A DNA stretch of 64,000 nucleotides from Dictyostelium discoideum (taxonomy: Eukaryota), in NCBI GenBank assembly GCA_000004695.1, contig CM000151.3, forward strand, positions 1,472,001-1,536,000. The letters run 5' to 3'. Shown piece by piece: positions 1 to 18,716 of this stretch. Position numbers and translations under genes: made by a program. The stretch's first letter is position 1. Every line of letters starts with the position of its first letter. The notes below the pieces were generated by a model, which ran no database searches, had not been told where the DNA came from, and was given only the letters and a program-made list of their open reading frames with translations.

Positions 1-38
1 TTTTTTTTTTTAAATCTATGAATTTAGTAATAACAGTA

Positions 39-2746
<2,708 letters not shown>

Positions 2747-2984
2747 TTTTTTTTTTTTTTTTTTTTAAATTAATATTTATAAAAATATAAATACTATAAA
2801 TACAAAAAAAAAAAAAAAAAAAAAAAATATTTATATAAAAAAAAAAAAAAACAATTCCATTTTTTATGTATAATAGCGAATATGGAGGAAATAAAAAAAA
2901 AAAAAAAAAATTTTTTTTTTTTTGAGGGCGAATTTTGTATTCTCTTAAAAAAGAAAAATTTGAGTGAAAAAAAAAAATCAACCG

Positions 2985-3021
<37 letters not shown>

Positions 3022-3262
3022 ATTCCCAAAATAGTTTTTTTTTTTTTTTTTTTTTAAACATATTTTCAGAGATTTTCCTTTAAATAAAAATATTAAAATA
3101 AAAAAATTAAAATTCTAATAAACAATATACAATTATTCCATTTTTTTAATTTTTTTAAACTTTTTTTTTTTTTTTTTTCTTTTTTGGGAAACGAAATGAA
3201 GAAATTAATAAATCTAATTTTTTCATATTTTTTTTTTTTTTTTTTTGGAATTTTTTAGTTTT

Positions 3263-3304
<42 letters not shown>

Positions 3305-3386
3305 AAAAACCAGTATTTTTTGGGTTTTTAATCATTTATTTTTTTTTTTTAATTAATTTTTTGAATTTTGATTGTGGAATAATAAA

Positions 3387-4202
3387 TTAAGATAAAAATG
3401 ATGGGATGCAATAATAACGTGGACAACCATTTGGTTTTGACGCATATGATTTTAAAGTGTATCCACCAGAACAACCTGGAACAACCAATGGACAAATTCC
3501 TCTATGTACACAACCACTGAATGATAAACAACGAGTTGCAGCGATAGTATAGGTTGGAATTGTACCATTGGCACATCTAACAGCAATTAATTCCTTTGGA
3601 CATAATTTTGGATCAGGTAAACTAATAAACATATAATCTATGGAGACGGTTTTATTTGAATCTATTCTTCCACTAACTGTGAACACAGATTCACCAGTGG
3701 TAACCTTATATTCCAACCAATCCATTGGAACAAACGATACATCTTGTGAGTAACTATTTTCAATTGAGTTTAGTTTCTCTGATTTGTTACTATTTAATTT
3801 CTTAATTTCAATATTTGAATTGGTTTCTTTTGAATCTACAATATAGAAATTATTCAATTCAGAATCGAAATTGAATGGTTTATCTGGCTTTGGTAATAGT
3901 CTAAAGATTTTTGATACTATAATCTCATCTTTTTTAATATCACCTTTTACAACTACCGTATATGATGGTGCAAATTTATATAGTGATTCATCAACTGTTG
4001 ATCCTCCACCCTTCACTGTTTGATTTAATGACTTAACATAAACTTCTGATTTATTTGAACCAACTTCACGAACGAAATAACCACCGCACATAGGATATGC
4101 ACATTTTCTTAAATCAGTTCTAATTGCCCAATATGATTCACTTGCATTTGCAACTAACGAAATTGTTGCAAAAAATACTATTAAACTTAAAATTATCTTC
4201 AT
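3387..4202 (-). CDS. Secreted cysteine-containing protein of unknown function, with a signal peptide.
   Basis: The N-terminus MKIILSLIVFFATISLVANA is a typical signal peptide. The C-terminal third is Cys-rich (CANGT..C..CVHRGICPLVVPGCSGGYTL..CPRYYC). The protein is 271 aa with no obvious introns. Function is unknown. Confidence 0.5.
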   Translation of the reverse strand: MKIILSLIVFFATISLVANASESYWAIRTDLRKCAYPMCGGYFVREVGSNKSEVYVKSLNQTVKGGGSTVDESLYKFAPSYTVVVKGDIKKDEIIVSKIFRLLPKPDKPFNFDSELNNFYIVDSKETNSNIEIKKLNSNKSEKLNSIENSYSQDVSFVPMDWLEYKVTTGESVFTVSGRIDSNKTVSIDYMFISLPDPKLCPKELIAVRCANGTIPTYTIAATRCLSFSGCVHRGICPLVVPGCSGGYTLKSYASKPNGCPRYYCIPSFLS

Positions 4203-5293
4203 TTTTTTTTTTTTATTATTATTTATTATTTAGCAAATAAAAAAAATAAAAAAAATTAATTATTTATACAATTTTTTTTTCTAAATATTTTTAAAATTAA
4301 AAATTAAAAAAATTAAAAAAAAAATAATTATTTTAATATATTAATTATTATATTAAATAAAGATTATTTATTTGAATTGGATGGTGATAAAAAAAAAAAA
4401 AAAAAAACATATTATTTTTTTTTTTATTTTTTTTTTAATAATTTTTATATTGGATAATTGCTCAGATCTAGTAAATGTGAATAACAATATTGTGTTACTT
4501 AAAAAAGTTGGTTATGATTAACCAAAAATTAAAAAGTAATCAAATAAAAATAAAAATAAAAAATAAAAAAAAAACAAAGAAATATTAAAAAAAAAAAAAA
4601 GTGTTTAATTTTTTTCCATTCTCAGTTAAAAGTATAATATGACTTTCCTACTTCATTTTAATAATTATCAAGTACTGAATCTCTCAAAACAAATTCAAAT
4701 AATTACTATTTATTTTTTAATAATTTAAAAAATAAAAAGAAAAAAAAAATTATATTAAATAAAATTAAACTAATATAATAATAATAAAATAATTAATTAA
4801 TTCAAATTATTTTTTTCTTTTTTTAAATAAATTTTTTTTTTTGTGAATAAAAAAAAAAATTTTTATTTTAATTAACAAAACTATAATAAATAAGATCTTA
4901 CAAAAACTATAATAAATAAAAAAATATATAATAAAAAAAATCAATACTTTGAGTTGATTAAAATAAATTATTCTTACCAAACAAAGTTAATTTAGTGAAT
5001 TCAATTTTTTGAGTCGATAAAGAGACTTGATTTATACCTTTATTTAATTTATTTAATTTTATTTTTTTTTTTAATTTAAATTTTATTTTTAATTTTTATT
5101 TTTTTCAAATTATTTTTTTTTTTTTTTTTTTTTTTAATTAAAACAACCACACTTGCGTGGTGGAATTTTATTGTAATTTATTAAAAAAAAAAAATAAAAA
5201 TAAAAAATCATACAAATACAAAATTTATATATATATATAATATTTTTAAATAATTATATTTTTTTTTTAAAATTTAAAATTAAAAAATTAAAA

Positions 5294-7498
<2,205 letters not shown>

Positions 7499-7555
7499 AA
7501 AAAATAACAAAAAAATGTGATAAATAAATTAAAAAAAAAGATTAATTTGTTTATT

Positions 7556-8371
7556 TTAAAATAATATTGAAATTATTAAAATTAATAAAAATGATGATGA
7601 TAATAATAATGATGATGAAGAATTTGGAGAATAATATGAATCATTATCATAACAATTTAATTTATATGATGGATTATCTGAACATAATAATTTAATTGTA
7701 TTAATTAAACCATCTTGATAACAATCACCATTTGAATAGGTTGAAACTGATGGAAAATATGGGTCACCAGAGAATAGTATTGAATCAAATGGACAATCAG
7801 GGTTTGTAATATATGAGCATTTATTAAGTTGACTTGTCACATTCACACATTTATTAAATGAATATTTAAAAAAGGTATCTGTATTTATATTTGATTGACA
7901 TGTTACATTCAATTGATTGAATTGTTGCCATAACCCATTCGAATTTTCATTACTACAATTAAATTGTGATGATAGTGTTGGCACAATTGTCATATCTTCA
8001 CAACCTGCTTTTTGATTTGAACTTGGTAAATCATAAATATCAATTTGGTACATGTATCCTGTTGGGGTTGATGCTGCTTTTGTTTGATTAATATTTATAA
8101 AACTATTCTCTATGCAATCATCATCAATATAAACACATGTTTCTAATTGAAAATTATAAATTCTACCAGTACATGATTGATCGAAACTTTGGATCTTTGG
8201 AATTGGTGATGATAATAATAAATTTGTTGCTAAATGTATAAATTGAATACTAAATGTAGTTTCTGTTTGTATTTCAATAGTTCTATTTGGTGCTGAATAT
8301 CCAAAACTTGATGAAATAAAAATACTTTGTGTAAAAATAATTAAAAAAAGAATATTTAAAATTTTACCCAT
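7556..8371 (-). CDS. Secreted or GPI-anchored cysteine- and N-glycosylation-rich protein of unknown function.
   Basis: The N-terminus MGKILNILFLIIFTQSIFISSSFG is a signal peptide. There are many NxS/T sites and about 16 Cys. The C-terminal Ser-rich stretch followed by a hydrophobic tail (SSSSLLLSSSFLLILIISILF) is typical of a GPI-attachment signal. Confidence 0.5.
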   Translation of the reverse strand: MGKILNILFLIIFTQSIFISSSFGYSAPNRTIEIQTETTFSIQFIHLATNLLLSSPIPKIQSFDQSCTGRIYNFQLETCVYIDDDCIENSFININQTKAASTPTGYMYQIDIYDLPSSNQKAGCEDMTIVPTLSSQFNCSNENSNGLWQQFNQLNVTCQSNINTDTFFKYSFNKCVNVTSQLNKCSYITNPDCPFDSILFSGDPYFPSVSTYSNGDCYQDGLINTIKLLCSDNPSYKLNCYDNDSYYSPNSSSSLLLSSSFLLILIISILF

Positions 8372-8926
8372 GTTTATTTTTTTTTTTTTTTATTTATCTT
8401 TATTTCTTTTTTTTTTTTTTTAATTTCACAAAAACTTTTTTTTTTTTTTTTTTTTTTTGGCACCAAGACAAAAAATTGGAAAAAAAAAAAAAAAAAATGG
8501 TTTTTTGTGTTTTGAAAACTCGTTGATTTTAAAATTTAAAACAGTTTTCAAAAGGTTTGGGTTTTTTTTTTTTTTTTTTTTATTTTATTTTATTTTATAT
8601 TATTTTTTATTAATTTAAATAAATTTGTTTTGTTTTCAAATTTGATATGGAAATAAATTAAAAAAAATAAAACAAAAAAAAATTACACCATTTTTTTTCA
8701 TTTTAATTATTTAATTATTTTTTTTATTTATTTATTATATGAATTTAGTATACAAAAAATAGAGAACCTAAAAATACACAAAATGAAATAAAAAATAAAA
8801 AAAAATCAATATAAATAAAAAATTAAAAAAATAAAAAATCTCACACCATTTTTTTCATTTTTTTTTTTTTTTTTTTTTGTTTAATTTTATTTTCAGTTTT
8901 TTTAAAACAATAATAATAATATATCA

Positions 8927-9670
8927 ATGAATAAAGTTAATATATTAAAATCTTTAATTTCAGTTAATACTAAATTAAATAATTTAAATAATTATTATTC
9001 TAGTAAACTTTTATCACCATCATCATTGTTATTATCATCATCATCATCATCATCGTCATCAAAATTTTATTATATTCAAAGAAACTACAGTGATACACAT
9101 AAAGATAAAAAAGAAAAGTATTATAATAATAATAATAATAATAATGAACCCCCTCCACCAAAGATTATAGTACCAAAAGAAAAATTAAATCTTCAATTTT
9201 CAAGATCAAGTGGTGCTGGTGGTCAAAATGTTAATAAAGTAAATACAAAAGTCGAAGTCAGATTCGACCTAAATAAAGCAGATTGGATACCGCCCTATGT
9301 AAAAGTTAATATGAGAGTATGTATTTTAATAATAATTTAAAAAAAAAAAAAAAAAAAAAAATTTATTTATAATATTAATTTTATTCTGTGATAATATTAC
9401 CACCAATTGAAGAGATTTTATAAAAAGAATGTAAATGATGATGATGAATTTATAATAACATCAAGTAAACATAGATATCAACATTTGAATATAAATGATG
9501 CAATGGATAAGTTGGACGATATATTAAAAGATTGTCAAATAATTGAAAAGGAAAGAATTGCAACTGAAATTCCATCCTATGCAAATGAAAGACGTTTACA
9601 TGATAAATCAATTAAAAAAGAAATAAAACAATCAAGAAAAAAGCCATCATTTGGTAGTTATTTTGATTAA
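8927..9670 (+). CDS. ICT1/mL62-like mitochondrial peptidyl-tRNA hydrolase (GGQ release-factor domain). Two exons: 8927..9316 and 9413..9670, with a 96-bp intron (gtatgt..ag).
   Basis: Exon 1 encodes FSRSSGAGGQNVNKVNTKVEVRFDLNKADWIPPYVKVNMR, with the universal GGQ motif and ICT1-type flanks. It ends exactly on a codon boundary before gtatgt at 9317. Exon 2 starts after ag at 9411-9412 and is in phase 0. It continues RFYKKNVNDDDEFIITSSKHRYQHLNINDAMDKLDDIL plus a basic tail. This matches the ICT1 C-terminal pattern (KNKINKxGELxLTSExSRxQxxNLADxLxKL). Confidence 0.8.
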
Positions 9671-9910
9671 GAAACAAACAAAAAGAAAATAAAAACAAAT
9701 AAACAACTAAACAAAAGAAATAGTCAAATAATTATTATTATTATTTTTTTTTTTTTTTTTTTTTTAATTTATTTAATTTATACAACCATTCTCTTGTTTC
9801 TCCTTTCTATCTATCTATTTGTCTTTAAAAAGTTTATTATATATTTTTATCATTCTTTTTTGATTTTTTGATTTTCTTTTTTTTTTTTGACTTTCTTTTT
9901 TTTTTTTTTT

Positions 9911-10437
9911 TTAAAGACCTCTACCTTTGGTCATTTCCATAATTTTATTGTGAGTTTTAATATTTTGTCTTGAAATTTGTTTATAATAACGTTGACCATC
10001 TTCTGGTGATAATAATTTTACTGGTTGATCATATGGTAATTGATCTTCAATTTCAAATAACCAATCTGGGTATTTTGAATTCTCATCTGGTAATTTGGTT
10101 TTAAAAATAGTTGGTGATAATTTTTCTAATTTTAATGGAAGATTACCTCTATCTATATTATTTATTATTTATTATTATTTATTATTATTTATTATGTTTA
10201 ACCAACCAAACATAAATTTAATAAAAATAAAATAAAAAAAAAAAAAACATGTAAGTTTTTTATGCTGATAAAAAGTGAAATATTGATCATTATTAATAAA
10301 TATTGCTTACCAAATCTTTTCTTTTTTGCTGCACCTGGTTTCTTTTTACCACCAGCGGCGGCCTTTCCTTTTGGTTCTGCTCTTGCTATGAAGTTTGCTA
10401 CACCAAAAATAGATTTACGTGTAATAAGTGAGAACAT
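9911..10437 (-). CDS. Mitochondrial ribosomal protein mL54 (MRPL54-like). Two exons, complement(10311..10437) and complement(9911..10152), with a phase-1 intron of ~158 bp.
   Basis: Exon 1 encodes MFSLITRKSIFGVANFIARAEPKGKAAAGGKKKPGAAKKKRF, a presequence-like Lys-rich N-terminus, then donor ggtaag. Exon 2, after acceptor atag, encodes RGNLPLKLEKLSPTIFKTKLPDENSKYPDWLFEIEDQLPYDQPVKLLSPEDGQRYYKQISRQNIKTHNKIMEMTKGRGL*. This matches the mL54 core (EYPAWLFQL..LDPE..YWRLLRKHNIWRHNRL). The hand translation was checked codon by codon and the stop is at 9911-9913. Confidence 0.75.
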
Positions 10438-10651
10438 TGTTTATATATATAAATTAATCTGAAAAATAAAAAAATTGTAAAAAAAAAAAAAAAAAAATGA
10501 AAAACGAAAAAAAAAAAATTAAAAAAAATAAAAAAATGAAAATAAAACAAAAAAAATGAAAATGAATAAAACCAAAGAAAATCAAAGAAAAAAAAAGAAA
10601 TTTTATTTTTATATTTGGTTTATTATTAATATTATTATTATCACTTTAAAT

Positions 10652-10685
<34 letters not shown>

Positions 10686-11406
10686 CCCATTTTTGGATTT
10701 TTATTTTGTTTATTATTATTTTTAATTAAAAAAAAAAAAAAAAAAAAAAGACATTCCAAATAAAAGGCAATGACCACCTCGAAAAAGACAAACTAGGAAA
10801 TAGAAATTTTCATTTTTTTTTTTTTTTTTTTTTTTTTTATTTTTTTCCAATACCCCAAACGGAATTAAAAATAAAAATTAAAAAAAAAAAAACAAATAAA
10901 ATAAGATAAATATTTTTTTTAAAAATTAAACACGTTGTTTTAATTCTTTTAAAAGAATATCTTGAACAATTTTGATTTTTTTATTTTTAAATTTTTTTTT
11001 TTTTTTATTTTTATTTTTTTTTTTTTTTATTTTAAAATTTTTTTTTATTATTTTTTTTTATTATTATTTTTTTTTTTCTTATCTTTATTACCAAATAAAA
11101 ATTTTAATATAATAAAGAATAAATAAAGGAAATAAAAAAAAATTAATAATAAATCAAAAAAAATAAAAAAATAATTAATTAATAAACAAAAAAATAAAAA
11201 AAATAAATAAAAATATAAAAATAAAAAAAAATAAAATAAAAATAAATAAATAAAAAAAAAAAAAAAAAAAAAATCAAAAAAAAATTTAAAATTTAATTTT
11301 TTTTTTTTTTTTTTTTTTTCGATTTTTTAAAATTTCTAAAATAAATACAAAATTAAAAAAAATATAAATAAAAACCTAATAGTATTAATAAATAATAATA
11401 AATAAA

Positions 11407-12594
<1,188 letters not shown>

Positions 12595-12626
12595 TTTTTT
12601 AATTTTTTTTTTTTAGGAAATTTTTT

Positions 12627-12660
<34 letters not shown>

Positions 12661-13979
12661 TTTAATTTTTATAATATTTGATAATAATAAATAATAAAAA
12701 ATCCATAATTAAATTATTGAATGTATAAACAAATAAAACATAATCCAACACGATATTTTTTTAAAAAACAAATTAAAATTTTAATGTTTTTTTTTTTATT
12801 TCCAAAAAATAATCTAAAGATATTTATTTTATTCTTTCAATGAAATAAACCTTTTTTTTTTTTTTTTTTTTTTTTTAATCTTGTTTAATTTATTTCCAAC
12901 CTATTTCGTTTAACTTTTTTTTTTTTTTTTTGATCCACTTGATGCAAACATTACGCAAGCCTTTTGTGTTGGCAGTTAATATCAAAAAATCTTAATTTTG
13001 GAAAAAAAAAAATTCTTTTTTTTTTTTCATTTTTTTATTTTTTTTATTTTTTTATTTTTTTATTTTTTTTTTTTTTTTTGTTTTTATTTTTATTTTCAAA
13101 CAATTTTAATTTTTTAAAGTTCTTATTTTTAATCAAATAAAAGTTGTAAAAATTGTATGTATAAATATTTTTTTATTTTTTTATTTTTTTTACTTTCAAA
13201 CTAAATTGTCGCAAAAAACAAAACAAAAAACAAAACTCAACATTTGGATGCTACGAATAAAAGATATTTAATAAAATTGATTTTATAAAAAAAATTTTAA
13301 AAATTAATAAAAAAAAAAAAAAAAATAAAAAAAAAAAAAAAAAAAAAATTTAAACACAAACCCCACTTTCAAAACAATACATTCTTTTTTATATTATTAT
13401 TTTTTTTTTTTTTTAAAAATTTTTCATAAATTTTCTTTTATTTTTTTTTTTTTTTCATTTTTTTTTTTTTTTAAATTAATTACATTGATTTTTCGTTGTA
13501 ACAAGATATATATTATAATAGTTCAAATTACTCAATTTTTAATATATTTTAAAAAAATAAAATAAAAAGCAAAAACTCAAAAAATAAAAAACTATAAAAA
13601 TAAAAAAAATAATAAAAATAAAAAATAAAAAATTCAAAAACAAAGAAAAAAAAAATATATTTTCATTGTCATACCTACCCATTCATTCAAAATTCTTTTA
13701 AAAGGAATCGAATCCTATATTAAAAGAAAAAATTATTATATTACTATAAAATAAAAAAGTGCAAAAAAAAAAAAAAAATAAAATAAAAGGGTAAATACTT
13801 AAACAATAAATCCACAGTCAACCACATACGTTTGATCAAAGGTTCTAAATTAAAATAATTTCCTTTCAAAAATCAAAAGTCAACCAAAAATATTTCAATT
13901 TTATTTTTCATTAATTTTTTTATTTTTTATTTTTTTTAAATTTTTAAATTTTTATTTTATTTTAGCCATTATTTATTTG

Positions 13980-13980
<1 letters not shown>

Positions 13981-14010
<30 letters not shown>
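13981..14010. repeat. (CA)14 / (TG)14 dinucleotide microsatellite in an intergenic AT desert.
   Basis: cacacacacacacacacacacacacaca is visible at 13981-14010. Confidence 0.9.
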
Positions 14011-14393
14011 CAGCATATAAATTAAACGTGTACATATAAACCAATATATCGTTTTAATTATTATTATAATTTCAATATTAAAACTACAAACCAATATTAA
14101 TAACTTAACTTTCATTATTTTTTTATATAAAACAAAAAAACAAAAAAAAAAAAAAAAAAAACAAAAAAAAAAAACAAATAAAAAAAACAAAAAAAATAAA
14201 ACATTACAAAATCAATACAGAACCAATTCACAAACCATTTTTTTTTTTTTTTTTTTTTTAATAATAAATTTTTATAGCAAGATCATCATCAAAAGTAATA
14301 GAAATAACGAGTGAGGAGCGAGACGAAAATAATAAATAAATAAATCAATCCACCCAAGGTAATATAATCTCAATAATTTAAATTTAATCATAT

Positions 14394-17300
14394 ATGAAAA
14401 TGACAGTTAAAGATGATAGTCAATTTCACCTCTTATTCACATCACTTCCGCTTGATGAAAAATTAATAGAAGGTAAATAAAAATATTTATTATTATTTTA
14501 TTTTTTAATTTATTTTTCCTAACCATTTTTATTATTATTATTAATTTTAGAATATACATGTAGTTATAATGAAGGAGCTGCAGTTTCAATTGGTAAATTA
14601 TATATTTCACAACAACATGTATCATATGCCTCAAAGATTGGGTCAACACATGTAATTATCATTTTTTTTTGAAGATCTATAAAAAAAAAAAAAAAAAAAA
14701 ACTAATTTTTTTATCAAAAAAAAATATATAAATTTAGATTATTTTACCAATTAAAGATATTATTTCAATTTCTAAAAAGAATTCAGTATATTTATTCCCA
14801 AATGCAATTGAGATTATAAATCAAAAAGATCATAAATACTTTTTTTCAGCATTTTTATCAAGAGATTTAGCATTTGCAACACTATCCACTATAATTAGTG
14901 CAGGTGGTGGTACAAGAACTAAAATTTTTGAGGATGCATTATTAGCTGAACAAAATAGTGGAATTAAAAATTCAAGCGATGAAATTGAACATCCATTATC
15001 GGCTTCATCAAATAGTACTGGTGAAAATCCATTCCAAGAAACTCCAACTTATTCAACTTTTAAAAATAATTCAGGTGAATCTACAAATAATAATAATAAT
15101 AATAATAACAACCAAGATGGTGCAAATAATAATAGTAATAATAGTAGTAATAATAATAATAATAATAGTAATAAAGAGGATGGCACTGATAGTAATAGCA
15201 ATAGTAGTGATAGTAGTAGATTTTTAAAATCTTCACCTTCACCAATACCATCACCATCTAATAAAATGTTAGGTTCAAGAATTGAAAGAAAAGATAGTTT
15301 CGAATCAAATAATAATAATAATAACAGTAACAATAATAATAATAATATTAATAATACAGCTATAGGTAGTGAATCATTAAATGGAAGTGGATCAGCATTT
15401 AGCGCAGGTAATTTGGATACAACTAAAAGAAATAGTTCACAACTTGATATACTTTCAAATCATAGACAATCACTAGAGGCTACAGACCAAATTGTTGGAG
15501 AAGATGATGGCTCAATAAATACCACTACTACCACCACAACTACAGCTTTACCAACAAATGAAAATGAACCAGCCAACTCTTCTCCACCTTTTGAACCAAT
15601 TTTATCACACCAAGACTCTTTATCAAATTTAAATTTAAATGTAAAAAATGAATCAACAACAACCACCACCAATAATTCAACCAATAACACTAATGATGCA
15701 CCACAATCACCACTAAAAGCATCACAAACTATTAACCCATCACCACCTTCACCTGTACAACGTAAAAATGGAAATCATAATAATAATCATAATCATACTC
15801 ACCATAATAATCATAATCACCATAATAATAACAACCATAATAACGAACAAAAAGAGAATAAATCACCACCAAATGTTAGTCCAACCAATATGTCTAAAGA
15901 AAATCATGAAAAACAGCAACAACAACCACAACCACAACAACAACCACAACAACAAAATAATAACGATAATAATAATGATTCATCAATGGCATCAGTATCA
16001 ACAACAACAACATCAACATCATCAACTACTACAACAACAACAAATGTATCAACAAATGCTACACCGGCAATTGAAAATTTTTCAGCCGATTCACCAAAGC
16101 TAACACATTTATCATTATTTGAGAAATTACCAACCAGCGATAAATGTGAACATATAACGATAGCAGAATTTGATGAGGCACCATGGTCAACAGAGAAATA
16201 CCAAATATCAATCTCTGAATTTTATCAACTCATTTGTAGAACCGATTTCTGGGGAAGTGTAAATACAACTCACTCTTATACTGAACAAAATTTAACAGAG
16301 TGGAAACAAACTAACAATTGCTGTATCCATAGAAATATGGATTTCAGAACTGCAATCTCCTTTAAGATTGGTCCAAAGAGTACTAGAGTCTATCAAACTC
16401 AACGTTGTAAATTAAAAAATAAGAGTGAATTCATTTTGCAATCCACTTCCGTTAGTAAAGATGTACCCTATGGTGATGCATTCTCTGTGGAAAATCTATT
16501 GGTCGTACAAGCCATTGACAATAGTTCATGTTTAACAAAATTATCTTCGAAAATTAAATTCACTAAATCGGTTTGGGGTCTATCTTCAATGATTCAAAAA
16601 ACCGCTTTACAAGGAAATAAAGAGTTTTTCGTACTTTGGAATACAATGGTTAGAAATCAAATTGAAACTTATGTTTACAATAAAATGAAAGAATTAAAGA
16701 AACCAATAGTTGTTCCAGTTTCAAATGTTAATGCATCTTCAACTAATACAACTCCAATTAAAAAACCTGTAATTGTAGCTTCTGCTTCAGCTGGTTCATT
16801 ACCAATTAATTCACAACAACCACAACAACAACAACCAGTACAACCACAACAAGTACAACCACAACAACCAGTACAATCCCAACAACAATCTCAACAAGTA
16901 CAACAACAACAACAACAACAACAACAAGTACAACAACCACAACAAGTACAACAACCACAACAACAAGTTCAACAAGCACAAAGAGTAGTACAATCAGTTT
17001 CACCAATTTCAGCTATAACTTCAACAACAACAACAACAACAACACCAGTTTCATCCCAATCATCAATTCAAACAACACCTTCAGTAGTAGTAGCAACTAC
17101 AACTCAATCAGTATTTACAATTGAGGAAGGTGAAACTCTTAGTTCAACAATATGGAAGAAAATGTCTATTATTGAAAAGGGTATTTTAGCAGGCGTATTT
17201 TTCTTATTTTTATCATTACTAATTGGATTAACCATTGGAATCGTTTCAAATTCAAATTCATCAAGATCATTAAATAATCAATTGTATAGATTCTCAGATT

Positions 17301-17629
17301 CATTGATACTATTAGATTCTAGAGTAAATTCATTGGCAACACAAACTCCACCAGATGATGGTAAAGTAGTATACACTTCAAATATTGGTAAAGATAGAAT
17401 TACCGCTTTAAGAGATCGATTAGAATTGGCAAATTCCTTATTGATGAGAGCTCAAAGTATGGTCTCAACACTCCAAGCCGAATTATCATTAGAGGATATG
17501 AAATCTACAAGATTCGAAAATTATAATTATGAAAATAACAATAGTAGTGGTTTATTTGGTCCTATATTTCTTACAATATTAATTGCCTCTGCTTCTATTG
17601 TTTTTTATAAATTTTATTTAAATAAATAA
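14394..17629 (+). CDS. GRAM-domain + VASt-like domain + C-terminal transmembrane protein, matching the Lam/Ltc/Aster (GRAMD1) sterol-transfer architecture. Three exons, approximately 14394..14472, 14551..14651, 14738..17629.
   Basis: Exons 1-2 encode FHLLFTSLPLDEKLIE/EYTCSYNEGAAVSIGKLYISQQHVSYASKIGSTH. Exon 3 continues IILPIKDIISISKKNSVYLFPNAIEIINQKDHKYFFSAFLSRDLAFATL. Together these fit the GRAM consensus (F..LP..E.L..Y.C.L...G.LYIS...F.S...IP...I......NAI.I.T....FF.SF..RD). A long N/S/T/Q-rich linker follows, then the conserved domain shared with the 5294 gene (about 16150-16650). Two hydrophobic helices lie near the C-terminus (GILAGVFFLFLSLLIGLTIGIV and LFGPIFLTILIASASIVFYKFY). Introns are GT..AG and phases were checked. 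The start coordinate is ±1 nt because of an A-run ambiguity. Confidence 0.75.
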
Positions 17630-17721
17630 AATAAAATAAAATATAATAAAATAAAATAAAATAAAAAAAAAAAAACAAACAAATAAATTTTTAAAAAAAA
17701 AAAAAGAAAAAAATTCTTTAT

Positions 17722-18672
17722 TTAAAATGAAAAAATTAAATTATTATTATTATTATTGTTATCAATAACATCAATACTATTTTTTTGAATAACATTTTTA
17801 ATTTTAATTAAAATTAAACGAGAAATAATTATTAAATTATTATTTTTAGAGAATGTTGGTAATGAATTTTCAAAGTAATTTATAAATACTCCTCTTAAAT
17901 ATCTTTTCTTTGTTTCTGTTACTTTGTCAATTGATTCATCGATTAAATCATTATCAAATATTATTGATTGATCAAATTTTAATTGATTTAATTTAATGAT
18001 ATAATCTCTTGAAGTTGTTATACTACTACCACTACTTCCACAACTATAACTAAAACTACTAAAAATAATAAACATAATTGATGAAATTAAAATTAATAAT
18101 TTAAAATCTTGAGAGTAATTAGGATGATTGAGAATTATATTTGAAAATGTTAAACCATGACAATTGAAAAATTTTTCAATGATTTCACAGGGGTGAAGTT
18201 GAATTAATTCTTTGTCATTTTCGATGAAATATAAAAGTCTATGAATTGAATTATTCGATGAGATTGATTTTATTAATTGTTTTCTATATTTTTTATCTAA
18301 TGTTTCAGATGGGAGAATTCCCATATTTTTAATAATATAGTCAAGTATTGAGTAATTTGAAGTTGAGAATAATTTTACACGAATATTATTAAAGTTCAAA
18401 TTTGAACTAATAAATATTAAGCGTGGGTCGATTTTACTATATTGTTTAAATAAAAGAAAATCTTTTGTATAGATAATATTATTTTTTGGTAATGTTTTGC
18501 CAATGTGCTCTTTATTTTGATTAAAATAAAAATGATATAGTTTTGGAAAAGTGAGTAAAAATAGATTACATTTATTATATAAATCATATGAACTAAAACA
18601 TAACCAACCTAATCTATTATTATCACATTTTGGATGTTTATATAAAAATCTACAAATATTGAAATATTCCAA
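17722..18672 (-). CDS. Hypothetical protein, 316 aa, with no recognisable domain and a hydrophobic/Ser-Gly stretch mid-protein.
   Basis: The ORF is uninterrupted and starts MEYFNICRFLYKHPKCDNNRLGWL. Codon usage is typical AT-rich Dictyostelium. It lies only 45 bp downstream of the stop of the preceding ORF, in a different frame. Confidence 0.4.
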   Translation of the reverse strand: MEYFNICRFLYKHPKCDNNRLGWLCFSSYDLYNKCNLFLLTFPKLYHFYFNQNKEHIGKTLPKNNIIYTKDFLLFKQYSKIDPRLIFISSNLNFNNIRVKLFSTSNYSILDYIIKNMGILPSETLDKKYRKQLIKSISSNNSIHRLLYFIENDKELIQLHPCEIIEKFFNCHGLTFSNIILNHPNYSQDFKLLILISSIMFIIFSSFSYSCGSSGSSITTSRDYIIKLNQLKFDQSIIFDNDLIDESIDKVTETKKRYLRGVFINYFENSLPTFSKNNNLIIISRLILIKIKNVIQKNSIDVIDNNNNNNNLIFSF

Positions 18673-18716
18673 TGATTTATTATGATTTATTAAAGTGAAT
18701 TGGTAATTTGAAAAGT

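Noticed and set aside
3230-3300. Very long poly(T) and poly(A) tracts (e.g. T~55 at 3245-3300; A-runs at 2990-3030, 34880-34920)
   Set aside because: These are typical dictyostelid intergenic homopolymers. My length estimates are unreliable because homopolymer counts across line breaks disagreed with the ORF track in two places.
14437-15690. Minus-strand ORFs 14437..14649, 15049..15333 and 15460..15690
   Set aside because: They are antisense to the GRAM/VASt gene exons, low-complexity, and start with GTG or TTG. They are artefacts of the bacterial start-codon rule.
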